Shown here: in pieces, positions 32,772-42,885 of the stretch
Numbering within the stretch: position 1 is the first letter of the stretch
How the letters are laid out: each line of letters opens with the position of its first letter
Origin: Desulfatiglandales bacterium
GTDB lineage: Bacteria > Desulfobacterota > DSM-4660 > Desulfatiglandales > Desulfatiglandaceae
Assembly (NCBI GenBank): GCA_963666345.1
Contig: OY762721.1
Coordinates: forward strand, 3,840,001 to 3,904,000
Direction of reading: 5' to 3'
DNA length: 64,000 bases
Notes under the pieces: model-generated
What the model saw: only the letters and a program-made list of their open reading frames with translations
What the model was told of the DNA's origin: nothing
Databases searched by the model: none
Translations under genes and position numbers: made by a program

Positions 32772-33188
32772 CTAAGTCGAGCGGGTTTTTTGCCCGTCGA
32801 TTTTTTTCGACGCGTAACTTAAACAGCTTCTGAGAAAGTCAAGATCGGCCGTATCATCAGACTTTGCGGTAAGATTTGCGGCCAGAATGACTTGCTCGAG
32901 AAACGGGAATCTTAGGGTTGCTTCATTTGTCAATCCAGAAACCGATCTGTGAACGGTAACAGTATCATATCCCAGAAATAGATCTTCCAAAACAATATGG
33001 TCAAGTTTTGTCAGCATTTTGTCGAGATCGTCCAAAGTTATGGGGACAACCCCCGTTTCCTTTTTCGTGTATGCAGTTCTTTGCAGGCCCAACGCATCAG
33101 CAATGTCCGCTTGTTTAAGGCGAAGAACTTTCCGTATTCTTTGAAGGTTTTTCCGTACGCAAGACGAAAGTAAAAGCTCGTTTTTCAT
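32772..33188 (-). CDS. XRE-family HTH transcriptional regulator
   Basis: NLQRIRK..LKQADIADALGLQRTAYTKKETG. Confidence 0.85.
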   Translation of the reverse strand: MKNELLLSSCVRKNLQRIRKVLRLKQADIADALGLQRTAYTKKETGVVPITLDDLDKMLTKLDHIVLEDLFLGYDTVTVHRSVSGLTNEATLRFPFLEQVILAANLTAKSDDTADLDFLRSCLSYASKKIDGQKTRST

Positions 33189-33993
33189 GTCTCTCCCCTT
33201 TTTTTGATGATAACGTCAAAGGCATAAAACTGTTAGTGTTTCAACTCATTCTATAAGACCGGATATTTCTTGTGGAACCTATTGAATGCAAAATAGTGCT
33301 TTATAGGCACAATGTCAATAATAAAAGCGAGGAGGGTGTGAAATGTAATTTTTGAAAACGGTTCCGAATTGGTGCTTAGACTTTATACCCTATAAAGACT
33401 GGAGCGACAAAGGTATCCAGCCCCAGGATGCCTGCGAAGAAAAGGCGATTTGAGCGGCCGTAGCATCCGAAAAGTCATATGCTGATACTTCACGAAGAAC
33501 ATTGGCGATAATTGCATGGTTTGGTATTCGGCTCTCACAGAGTGCGAACGGTTAACGGGGCCGATCAGTGTTTGTGTTGAAATATTTTTGTAAACCTATT
33601 AAGGAGACGGTTTTGTAGCTGTTTATTAATGGGTCTCACACAACCGGCTTACCATTCTGCAACAGACGGCTGTAGAAGCAAGAGAGGTTATAGTAGATCG
33701 GTTAATTTCTGAAAGCATTCATGGTTTTCCAGCCTATCTACAAACATAGGTACCCCATGACCTAGGCTAGTAGATTAATACTGGTTGCCACAAGTGAGGC
33801 ATTCCCCAGCAGTCTGTTTGCTAATGTCCGTGCAAGACAAATTACTGGTATATGGGGGCCACCACATAGTGTCATCATTTATCGTGAAAAGCTATGAAAC
33901 CTGAAAAGCCTTTAACAAAAGGCTTTCATGCTGTTATGCCTAGTGTATCATGCTTTTTATACATTCTTAAAAACCTGATATAACCTACTTAGC

Positions 33994-34087
33994 GGGTACA
34001 TTTTTCCATTTTTTAAACTTTATTTGCTATGGTTTTTTACCATTTTAGGGGTACCTTTTCCTGGTATAATCGGCACTTTTTTCCAGG
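33994..34087. repeat. Iteron-like imperfect direct repeats next to the rep-like gene
   Basis: gggtacatttttcca, ggttttttacca, gggtaccttttcctgg, ggcacttttttccagg. Confidence 0.45.
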
Positions 34088-34822
34088 TCACATTTCATGT
34101 TGGTAAGATTTAATGATCTTCTTATTCAAAAACTCTCTCGTGTAAATGCGGAACGGCTGCAGGTAGACTTTGAAAAGAGGGGTATCATCATAGTACCTTC
34201 CACTTGGCTCTATCAGGAAATTTCTTGCAAGATCGTCCAATGCGCTTTTAATTGACTTTTTCGAGATACCTGCAAATTGCGCAAGGACATCAGGATCGGC
34301 AGTACAATAATCGTATTTTCGGTTTCGATATACTTCTTCGAAATCGTTTACCTCTGAATCGATATCGTCAACGTCAACGTACCAGTGGATGTCGAAAAAA
34401 CCAAAACATCTCATGACCGGGTAGAGTGCTTGGGCGGTTGGTTTGAGCTCTCTCCAATTTCCGCATTCAAGGACCAATTTATGAAAGGGAAATTTTCTTC
34501 CGTTTTCATCCGTCGACGGAATTTTAATAAAATACTCTTTCGCCCTTCTGCCACGGGAAGTAATATAGTCACTTACTCGAAATCCGGGAAAGTCCTCCAA
34601 TCCCCTGATCCCTTCACGGACCTTCTTATCTGTACGACCCGACAGGATGGCTATCGTTCTTTCCCCTGGAAAAGCTATCCCATGTTTATTGCAATGACAG
34701 CCGATGACGGGAAATATTGCCTTAGATGCCTTTGGAAGTAAGGCCCAATTCATATTCTTTATCAGCAACTTATCGAACCAAAAAAAGACTCTATAATTTA
34801 ATTCTTCTTTGAACTGGTACAT
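34088..34822 (-). CDS. Replication-initiator-like protein with two tandem wHTH modules
   Basis: AFPGERTIAILSGRTDKKVREGIRGLE is typical of phage/plasmid initiator HTHs; the protein is internally duplicated. Confidence 0.55.
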   Translation of the reverse strand: MYQFKEELNYRVFFWFDKLLIKNMNWALLPKASKAIFPVIGCHCNKHGIAFPGERTIAILSGRTDKKVREGIRGLEDFPGFRVSDYITSRGRRAKEYFIKIPSTDENGRKFPFHKLVLECGNWRELKPTAQALYPVMRCFGFFDIHWYVDVDDIDSEVNDFEEVYRNRKYDYCTADPDVLAQFAGISKKSIKSALDDLARNFLIEPSGRYYDDTPLFKVYLQPFRIYTREFLNKKIIKSYQHEM

Positions 34823-34829
34823 TTTAATG

Positions 34830-35036
34830 CTATTTCAAAATTTCTTGTAACCAGAGTTCATCAAAGGATTTAGCATAGAGCTTTGCCAAGATTTTTTTGT
34901 GATCCTCTGATGGTTCCTTAAGATCACGTTCATACAGTGATAACATCGACTGGGCAATGCCGGTTTCCTTGGCCACTTCCCATTGCGATTTTGCGGTTTC
35001 AAGCCTGGCTTTCCTAAGGGGTTTAAGCTTTTGCAT
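34830..35036 (-). CDS. Cro/C1-type HTH protein
   Basis: LRKARL...SQWEVAKETGIAQSMLSLYER....P; AAGGAG RBS. Confidence 0.85.
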   Translation of the reverse strand: MQKLKPLRKARLETAKSQWEVAKETGIAQSMLSLYERDLKEPSEDHKKILAKLYAKSFDELWLQEILK

Positions 35037-35401
35037 TTTTTTATTCTCCTTTTCCTAATAAGCGAGAAGATGTTTTAAGTGAAGTCGCTTAAGGTGAGAA
35101 GCAACCATGAATTTTTATTCTCATGTTATTATTATTAAATATCGTGTCAAAGTGAGATAAGTCGCAGATAGAAATTTCGGAAAACTTTGAGTCAAAAAGA
35201 GATTGGATTTATTGAATTTTATTGCTGATTGAGAGATGCTCAAATAAACACTCCAGAGTTATGGAGCCGTTATTTGAGGCGATTGGTCATTAGACGAAAA
35301 GGATTTTGAAAATGTCTATTGAGGAGTGGAAAGACCGTCTGCTTTCCACTGAAACAAAACACGAGGGGTGGTCAGATTGATGTTTTAGGTTTGTAAACCC
35401 A

Positions 35402-36193
35402 TCATGAAGACCCGTTCTTGTTTTTGTACCTTTTATATCTGCTCCTGACACTGTCAGGAAGGTGCTTGCTATCTTCCATATAGCCGTATTTTAGCATGAG
35501 GCTACCTGTTTCTATGAAAGCTCTTTTTTCGCTGAAACCATTGTCCAAAAATATGTCCGTTGTCAGACTAATTAATTGATTTAACATGCTGTTTTCAGGT
35601 CGTTGAGCAGGATTGTTAAATAGAAGAATAATATCCTCAAGTCTATTAAGGTCGGTGCCCAGACCTGTTATATCAACAGATGGAATTTTTTCGTAGGCCT
35701 TTGCATTATAATATTTCGCTTTTTGAAAATTCCTGTTCACCTCTCCTATTTCCTCAGGGGATAAGGAAACAGAAGAAAGTTCATCCAAAACTTGTGGAAT
35801 AATAGGTGCTAACCATTTTAGGGGAGCTTCAGCCATCAAAATGACATATGTCTTGTGCATATCATCTTTAAGCTTTTCGAAATTGTGTATGAATTTTGTC
35901 TCTTCTTCAGATCTAATTACTTTGTTTTTCAATATCACGATAATTTCTTCCAAGGAATCCTGCAAATAAGTAAGGATTTTGTCATATTCACCTTGGAGTG
36001 CATCCATATATAATAACAAATTATTAAAGGAATTACTCATGATTTCCTCTGCTCTTTTGGCCTTTTTGGTGACGGTAAGAGCAGAGCCGTAAGATTCATT
36101 ATTAGTTATATCGAGTAGATCACTAGATTTATGTATATAAGAAAGTCTAGCCTGAAGTTCTTTAAGAAGTTTTCCAGTATCCTGTTTAGTCAT
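35402..36193 (-). CDS. Hypothetical protein (263 aa, helical)
   Basis: Long intact ORF in A+T-rich DNA; no motif recognised. Confidence 0.6.
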   Translation of the reverse strand: MTKQDTGKLLKELQARLSYIHKSSDLLDITNNESYGSALTVTKKAKRAEEIMSNSFNNLLLYMDALQGEYDKILTYLQDSLEEIIVILKNKVIRSEEETKFIHNFEKLKDDMHKTYVILMAEAPLKWLAPIIPQVLDELSSVSLSPEEIGEVNRNFQKAKYYNAKAYEKIPSVDITGLGTDLNRLEDIILLFNNPAQRPENSMLNQLISLTTDIFLDNGFSEKRAFIETGSLMLKYGYMEDSKHLPDSVRSRYKRYKNKNGSS

Positions 36194-36253
36194 GTTTTTT
36201 CAAAGGTATAGGGTTATAATTTTAGACCTCTCGACATTTAAATAGCCAAAAGG

Positions 36254-36796
36254 TCAGCGTTTATTTTGCGTTAAGCTTGGAGGCCTTCTATCTTTATTCG
36301 ATTGCTCTGCGTGTATTTTTCTGTCAAGGGTGCCAACACCATGGATCATATCCCGCAAAGATATAAGCTCAAGTACCTCGGCAGTGGAGCCCCAGCTCAT
36401 GACCCAGGATTTGAGCTCCTCAGTTCCTGAGATCTTCACCAGAAGAATGATGGAATCATCTTCCTGAGAATGGATCTGCTGGCTCTTATGCAAGATCTTT
36501 TCTTTGATATAGCCTGCCACATCGGGCGAAAACCATACCTTTACATTGATTGACTATCCCCGAAACACCCCGAAACTAGCCCCGATGAACTCTTCCAGCG
36601 TAAAATCCTTCAGGATATCAAAGGTATCGTCTGTCTGGTGGAGTATCTTTATCCGGTCAAGGGCGAATATTATTATCTCATCCCTTACATGACAGTAGCC
36701 GATAAGATAAAAGGTTCCGTTCAAAAACCATATCTTGTAATTGCCCACCTTTCTTTTGGGTTTCTCTTTCCTGCTCATGGTGTAATAGACGATTTC
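36254..36796 (-). pseudogene. WYL-WCX domain regulator, pseudogene
   Basis: EIVYYTMSR...FYLIGYCHVRDEIIIFALDRI...SFGVFRG*SINVKVWFSPDVA...WVMSWGSTAEVLE: in-frame TAG at 36554-36556 and no N-terminal HTH. Confidence 0.8.
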
Positions 36797-37064
36797 TAAG
36801 GATGTTTAAAGATGAAACTTGGCGGGATGAAAGTAAAGGTGAGTTTTTCCGGCAGGGATATCACCTCACGATTAAAAAGCCGGTTGTATGGGGCCATGTA
36901 ACCGGTGACAAAGATCCCATAAAGGTAGATGGCGCAACTGACGGAATTTAAAGGTTTGAATTTGAGATACCATTAAGAGATGCTAATAAGTAGTTGAATC
37001 CTCTATGTGAGTAGCACTATAATTATATAGATGATTTGAAATATGGACGTTCCCAGTCTTAAAG

Positions 37065-38053
37065 GTGAGAATGACTAAAGTAATCCCCTTCAGAAGTCCT
37101 TTAGAAAAATGCGCCAATTGTATCCATTATGTTGCTAGGCGGGATCATGGCGTATATTTGATTGATGGACCACCAGATCAATATTGTAAACACCCTGATC
37201 GATTAAAAGGTTGTTATTTATGCGAGGATACAATCAATAAATTTCATCTTCGCAGATCGCCTGATGAATGGTGCCCTAAATATGAAAATGCTTTCCCTGT
37301 TAATAGGATACGTTCAAAGCTTAAGGTAATAGAATCGATAGACTATGAAATGGTTTATATGGAAAAGGGTTCATTTATAATGGGGACATCAGAATATCTG
37401 GGAAACAAAAAAACTCACACTCGCAATGAGAAACGACATTCAGTTACTTTAACAAGAGGATTTAATTTAGGTGTGACTGTTGTGACCCAGTCCCAATGGC
37501 TCAGAGTTATGGGATCAAAATCATGGCCATACAATGACGAAAATCTTAGAGAAGGAGATGACTATCCTGTTACATGGATTTCGTGGGAAGATTGCCAAAG
37601 ATTCATCAAGAAATTAAATGAAATTGAGGGCACAGATACTTTTAGACTTCCAACAGAGGCCGAATGGGAATATTCATGTCGTGCGGGAACAGAAACCGAA
37701 TTTTTTTTGGTAACGATGAAGGTCAACTGGATAAGTATGGTTGGTATATGAAAAATACATGGGACATAGGAGAACAGTATCCACATAAGGTTGCTCGAAA
37801 AAGTTCAAATGACTGGGGGCTATATGATACACATGGTAATGTTTTAGAGTGGTGTCAAGATTGGCATGGCCCTTATCCTGATGCACATGTTATTGATCCA
37901 GTGGGGCCAAAATCAGGTTCTGTAAAAATTGCCCGTGGTGGAGCATGGTCTATTATTGCTAATCGCTGTCGATCTGATGTTCGCAATGGTCGTCAGCCTG
38001 ATAGGCGTTATAGCCTTACTGGATTTCGACTGGCTGAATCTGTTGGAGTTTAA
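37065..38053 (+). pseudogene. Formylglycine-generating-enzyme (SUMF1/CLec-fold) family protein, frameshifted
   Basis: FIMG, RLPTEAEWEYSCRAG in one frame; N.WGLYD.HGNV.EWCQDW, RGGAW and GFRL in another. The shift falls at the T8 run 37701-37708. Confidence 0.85.
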
Positions 38054-38499
38054 GGTGTGTTTTTATGGAATAAGTTGCCTGCTGCAAGTAAGGGGGCATC
38101 TGAAAAAGAGAAAGGAACGTGGGAAGCCGTGGAAAATTCTTCGGCTACCTTTGGAGAGCTTCTAAGCCCCTGGCGTGTTAAAACTGCCATCTGTCAGGCC
38201 TTCCGGCATTTTTGCATGCAATTTTGATAGAATACAAACAAAATGCTTATGCAATATAAAGCCCTCCGTAAAGTCGGAGTTATCTGAGATCTTTCTGCCT
38301 GGTCGATATCCTGAGGTGATGGAAGATATTTGAAAATGGCACTTTCTTTATTGGGTAAGTTCTGCTATGAAAATATTTGTGAATTTTATTTAATATTATA
38401 TGGGAACCATTTCTTTTTGCATGATTTTGTATCTAAGCTGTATTTTTCTGCGCACCTTTTTCCGATTCACGTTGACAAAAAATGCAAAAAAACAGGCCT

Positions 38500-38665
38500 A
38501 TCCATAAGAACGTATTCACCGGACGCCTCATGGGGCTTGCAACAGGAGACACCCTGTGCACTACACTGACGTTTAACCCTCCCGGCACATTTGATTCCAT
38601 AATAGACATCATGGCCTCTGTTATTTATCTGCCGGCCAGTGGGCAGATGATAGCTATGGCCAAAT
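38500..38665 (+). pseudogene. ADP-ribosylglycohydrolase (DraG-like) N-terminal remnant
   Basis: FTGRLMGLATGDTLCTTLTFNPPGTF, then GQWADDS in a shifted frame; matches the G.A.GDALG...GQWTDD family pattern. Confidence 0.65.
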
Positions 38666-38871
38666 CGCTGGTGCCTATTATAGACATAGAGTTGTCCGCA
38701 AGGGATGTATTTTAAAAATTGTTAAAGGTAATGATGTCGAGGAGTCAGCTTTGCTTTTGTTGATAAGGAATTAGGAGGAAAATAGTCTAGGGGAAATAAT
38801 GCCTTCATGGTAATTCCACAAGACATTAATATATCTATTTGGTTTGGAGGTTTAAAAATCAAAACAGCAAA

Positions 38872-41800
38872 ATGGCTATTCTAATTGATAATAAAGGGCA
38901 AGGAAAGGTTGGGGACGTTATTGCGGAGGAGATTCAGGCAAATGCTCACGTTTCCATCCTGTCCAGTTTTTTTTCCATTTACGGTTACTCTGCCTTGAAG
39001 AAGCATCTTGCGCTTGCTGATGTCTTGCGGCTCCTTATTCCGTCGAATGATATCCGCGGCTCTGCCGAGAACGTAAAGCCGTTTCGTGTGGCAGGCTTAA
39101 CTGGAAATGAAGCAGACAGGCGTTTTCGTAATACCTTGAATATGACAGAACTTGCCCAAGAATGTTCTCAGTGGTTGCAGGAAAAAGCTGAAATTAGAGC
39201 AGTATCGTTACCTGTCCTTCAGAATCTGTTCCATATTAAGAACCCTGACGGCAACGCTATAGCCATTCATGGAAGTTCAACATTCACGTCTGCGGGGCTC
39301 GGAACTGTGCCATCGGACGGATATGAGATGAACACCTGTTTCACAACACCGGCGGAAGCCGAAAGCCTCCTAAAATGGTTTGATACGATATGGTCAAACC
39401 CTGAGGCAACTTGCAACGTAAAACTGTTTTTACTGGAACAGCTTGAAACCATCTTCTCTAATAAATCCCCGGAGCTGGTATACTTTCTGACACTATACAA
39501 CATTTTTCACGATTACCTTGGTGAACTCGAAGAAGACAAGATCATCAAGACCAGAACCGGCATCAAGGATACGCTTGTTTGGAGCAAACTATACAGATTT
39601 CAACACGATGGCGTATTAGGGGCCATCGACAAGATGGAAAAGTATAACGGCTGTATTATTGCCGATAGCGTTGGACTTGGAAAAACTTTCGAAGCGCTGG
39701 CGATCATCAAATACTATGAACTGCGGAATGACCGCGTTCTCGTTCTCTGCCCCAAGAAAATCCGCGAAAACTGGACCCTTTTCACTGTCAACGATAAGCG
39801 AAACCTTTTCGCCGCTGATCGGTTTAATTTTGATGTGCTTAATCACACAGACCTCACCCGTGAACGAGGGCGTTCCGGCGAGATTAATTTAGAGACTCTC
39901 AACTGGGGCAATTACGATCTTGTTGTTATCGATGAGTCCCATAATTTTCGGAACAACCCGCCGCGTAAGGACGGGATGACGAGATACTCCAGATTGATGC
40001 GAAACATTATCAAGGCGGGTGTAAAAACCAAAGTTCTCATGCTTTCTGCTACGCCTGTAAACAGCCGTATGAATGATTTGAAAAATCAGGTAGCTTTTAT
40101 CACGGAAGGTGTAGATGACGCCCTTTATAACCAAGGTATTTTCAGTATTGAGCAAACACTTCGTCAGGCACAGACGCGTTTCAACAGATGGCTTCGGCTT
40201 GATGCAGCTGAACGAACGACTGACGGTCTACTTGAAACACTGAATTTCGATTATTTCAAACTGCTTGATCTCCTCACTATCGCCCGTTCCAGAAAACATA
40301 TTGAAAAATACTACGATCTTAATGAGGTCGGTGAGTTTCCCGAGCGAGCTAAGCCCATAAACATAAAGTCCGACATAGACACCAAGGACTTGTTCCCGGA
40401 ACTTAGGGAGATCAACCGGGATATACGTCGTCTCAATCTCAGTTCATATGCCCCGTTGAAATATGTCCTCCCTAATAAACTTGAGGAATACAGCCGCAAA
40501 TATGACATGGAGGTATCCGGCGGGTCGGTGTTTAAGCAGATCGACCGCGAGGAGAGCCTGATCCATCTTATGAGGGTGAATCTTCTCAAACGGATGGAGA
40601 GTTCGATCAATTCCTTTGCGCTTACGCTGGCAAGACTCCTCGAAAACGTCCGCGATATCGTCAACCGAATCGACTCACATGAGGAATCTGAAATCAAAGA
40701 GCTGAGCATAGAGGAGATCGAAATTGACGATGATGATTTTGAACCGTATTTGATTGGCAGCAAGATCAAGGTGCTCCTCCAGGATGTTGATCGTGTGCGG
40801 TGGAGGCAGGAGCTTGAGGAAGATGAGGTGCTTCTGGTCAAGTTACTGCGGGAGGCGCGGGAGATTGATGCTTTGCGAGATGAGAAACTTCGCCGTCTTA
40901 AAGAACGCATCACCGCCAAATGCGGACACCCAATCAATTCTAACAACAGGAAGGTCCTTATTTTTACTGCCTTTGCGGACACGGCCAAGTACCTTTATGA
41001 GAACATCGCCCCATGGGCAAAGGACAGACTCGGCCTTCATTCGGCTTTGGTAACTGGGGGCAACAGCGGCAACAAGACCACGATGCTGAAACTTCGCAAG
41101 GATATTGCCACCATTATTACCTCTTTTTCTCCGCTTTCAAAAGAGCGCGCCAAAATCGATGAGTCTCTTACAGAGGAGATTGACATTTTGATTTCCACCG
41201 ACTGCCTTTCTGAAGGCCAGAACCTTCAGGATTGTGACTATGTCGTAAACTACGATATTCATTGGAACCCGGTTCGAATTATTCAGCGTTTCGGGCGAAT
41301 CGACCGCCTTGGTTCAAAAAATCAGGTTATTCAGCTTGTCAACTTCTGGCCGAATATGGAATTGGATGAATACATCAACCTGGAGGCTCGTGTCTCTGGG
41401 CGGATGGTCCTGTTGGATATTTCCGCGACCGGCGAAGAAAACATTATCGAATTCCCTGACGCCGGCAAAATGAATGACCTGGAGTATCGCAGGCGACAGC
41501 TCGAACGACTCCAGAATGAAGTGGTGGATCTGGAGGACCTTGGAGGTGGCATCTCAATTACTGATATGACGCTCAATGATTTTCGGATGGACCTTACCGA
41601 CTATCTAAAAGAGAACGCCGATCTTCTTGAACATCTGCCTCCAGGGGCTTTTTCCGTCACCCACATTGACGATCTGATTAAAGAGGAAGGTCTGGAACCC
41701 GGCGTTATTTTCTGTCTCCGCAGTGAGTCGGCCAAGGTAAATATAGACAGCACTTACGCACTGGCACCGCACTATCTGGTCTGGGTTTCCGAATCTGGCG

Positions 41801-42117
41801 AGGTACAGATGAATTTTACACAGGCTAAAAAGATTCTGGACCTGTTCAAGAAACTGTCTCTCGGCCGATCCCAGCCAGACGAAAGCGCTGTGGCTAGATT
41901 CAAAATCGATACCAGCAATGCTACGGACATGAGCAAGTACCAGTCGTTGTTAGCCAAGGCCGTTGCGGCCATTACTGGAAAGGCCGAGGAAAAAGGCGTT
42001 GAAAGCCTGTTCCAGCGCGGGGGAACCGTATTGAGCAAGGATTCTTTCCATGGCATCAACGACTTTGAGGTTGTGTCCTATCTTGTTATTCTTGGACATC
42101 ACAAAGGGGCGTCATGA
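38872..42117 (+). CDS. SNF2-family helicase with N-terminal PLD-like domain (type III R-M associated)
   Basis: ADSVGLGKT, IDESH, LSATP, SEGQNLQ, QRFGRIDR; N-terminal GSS.FT..GL. Confidence 0.9.
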   Translation: MAILIDNKGQGKVGDVIAEEIQANAHVSILSSFFSIYGYSALKKHLALADVLRLLIPSNDIRGSAENVKPFRVAGLTGNEADRRFRNTLNMTELAQECSQWLQEKAEIRAVSLPVLQNLFHIKNPDGNAIAIHGSSTFTSAGLGTVPSDGYEMNTCFTTPAEAESLLKWFDTIWSNPEATCNVKLFLLEQLETIFSNKSPELVYFLTLYNIFHDYLGELEEDKIIKTRTGIKDTLVWSKLYRFQHDGVLGAIDKMEKYNGCIIADSVGLGKTFEALAIIKYYELRNDRVLVLCPKKIRENWTLFTVNDKRNLFAADRFNFDVLNHTDLTRERGRSGEINLETLNWGNYDLVVIDESHNFRNNPPRKDGMTRYSRLMRNIIKAGVKTKVLMLSATPVNSRMNDLKNQVAFITEGVDDALYNQGIFSIEQTLRQAQTRFNRWLRLDAAERTTDGLLETLNFDYFKLLDLLTIARSRKHIEKYYDLNEVGEFPERAKPINIKSDIDTKDLFPELREINRDIRRLNLSSYAPLKYVLPNKLEEYSRKYDMEVSGGSVFKQIDREESLIHLMRVNLLKRMESSINSFALTLARLLENVRDIVNRIDSHEESEIKELSIEEIEIDDDDFEPYLIGSKIKVLLQDVDRVRWRQELEEDEVLLVKLLREAREIDALRDEKLRRLKERITAKCGHPINSNNRKVLIFTAFADTAKYLYENIAPWAKDRLGLHSALVTGGNSGNKTTMLKLRKDIATIITSFSPLSKERAKIDESLTEEIDILISTDCLSEGQNLQDCDYVVNYDIHWNPVRIIQRFGRIDRLGSKNQVIQLVNFWPNMELDEYINLEARVSGRMVLLDISATGEENIIEFPDAGKMNDLEYRRRQLERLQNEVVDLEDLGGGISITDMTLNDFRMDLTDYLKENADLLEHLPPGAFSVTHIDDLIKEEGLEPGVIFCLRSESAKVNIDSTYALAPHYLVWVSESGEVQMNFTQAKKILDLFKKLSLGRSQPDESAVARFKIDTSNATDMSKYQSLLAKAVAAITGKAEEKGVESLFQRGGTVLSKDSFHGINDFEVVSYLVILGHHKGAS

Positions 42118-42869
42118 TTGAGACTCTCTACAAAAAAATGGCCATTCCTGATGCCTGTCACCTCGGGAAGCGCATCTTCAAGAAACTGTTTCACGAGAAC
42201 GCAAGGCTTGGCGCAACCGATAAGAAGGCATTTCGGGAGGACATTGATGTTATAATTTGGCAATACACGCTCAAGCCGAGCACGATTCCGATCCAGGCCT
42301 ACGAGGACGACCAGCGGGAGTACCACGAGGTTGCTATCCTACAGGTGAACCTCAAGACGCTCAATCGCACCAGCAGAATAGCTGAGATAATACATCGCGC
42401 GATTCCATACCCATTGGTTGTTGTGTTTACCTATAAGACAATGTGTACAATGAGCCTTGCCCACAAGCGATTCAGCCAAGCAGAAAAGGGGGCTATCGTT
42501 GCTGAGGACTTTCTCATCACCGATTGGATTGACCTTTTAGCTCCAACCCCCATACAGCAGGCATTCCTTGACAGCATAGCTCTGCCAGTCTTGCCGCACA
42601 CGCATTTCTATGCATTTTACTCAGCCTTAACTGACCGGACGGTGGCTTTGGATTGTGCCAGGCTGACCGGCGAGTATCGCCTCGAACCAATAACGATCAA
42701 GCACAAGGTGCGTAAGGACCAGTTGGCGCTCTGCCACGAGCTGGAAATTCAGATCGCAGGCCATAAAGCTACTATTATGAAAGAAACGCAATTCAATCGT
42801 AAGGTTGAGTTGAATATGAAAATGAAGGAACTTGAGAAACAACTTCAGGCTATAACTGCCAAGTTGTGA
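42114..42869 (+). CDS. DUF4391 family protein
   Basis: IHRAIPYP and C-terminal KETQFNRKVELN; ATGA overlap with the helicase; sits before mod. Confidence 0.8.
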   Translation: MIETLYKKMAIPDACHLGKRIFKKLFHENARLGATDKKAFREDIDVIIWQYTLKPSTIPIQAYEDDQREYHEVAILQVNLKTLNRTSRIAEIIHRAIPYPLVVVFTYKTMCTMSLAHKRFSQAEKGAIVAEDFLITDWIDLLAPTPIQQAFLDSIALPVLPHTHFYAFYSALTDRTVALDCARLTGEYRLEPITIKHKVRKDQLALCHELEIQIAGHKATIMKETQFNRKVELNMKMKELEKQLQAITAKL

Positions 42870-42885
42870 ATGGAGGATATATCGC

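Noticed and set aside
36987..37010. Possible attR: taagtagttga (inverse of the motif after the tRNA) followed by atcctct
   Set aside because: Similarity to the tRNA-Ser 3' end is too short to distinguish from chance.
37930..38053. Diversity-generating retroelement target (CLec/FGE C-terminus)
   Set aside because: No reverse transcriptase and no adenine-variant template repeat seen in the window.
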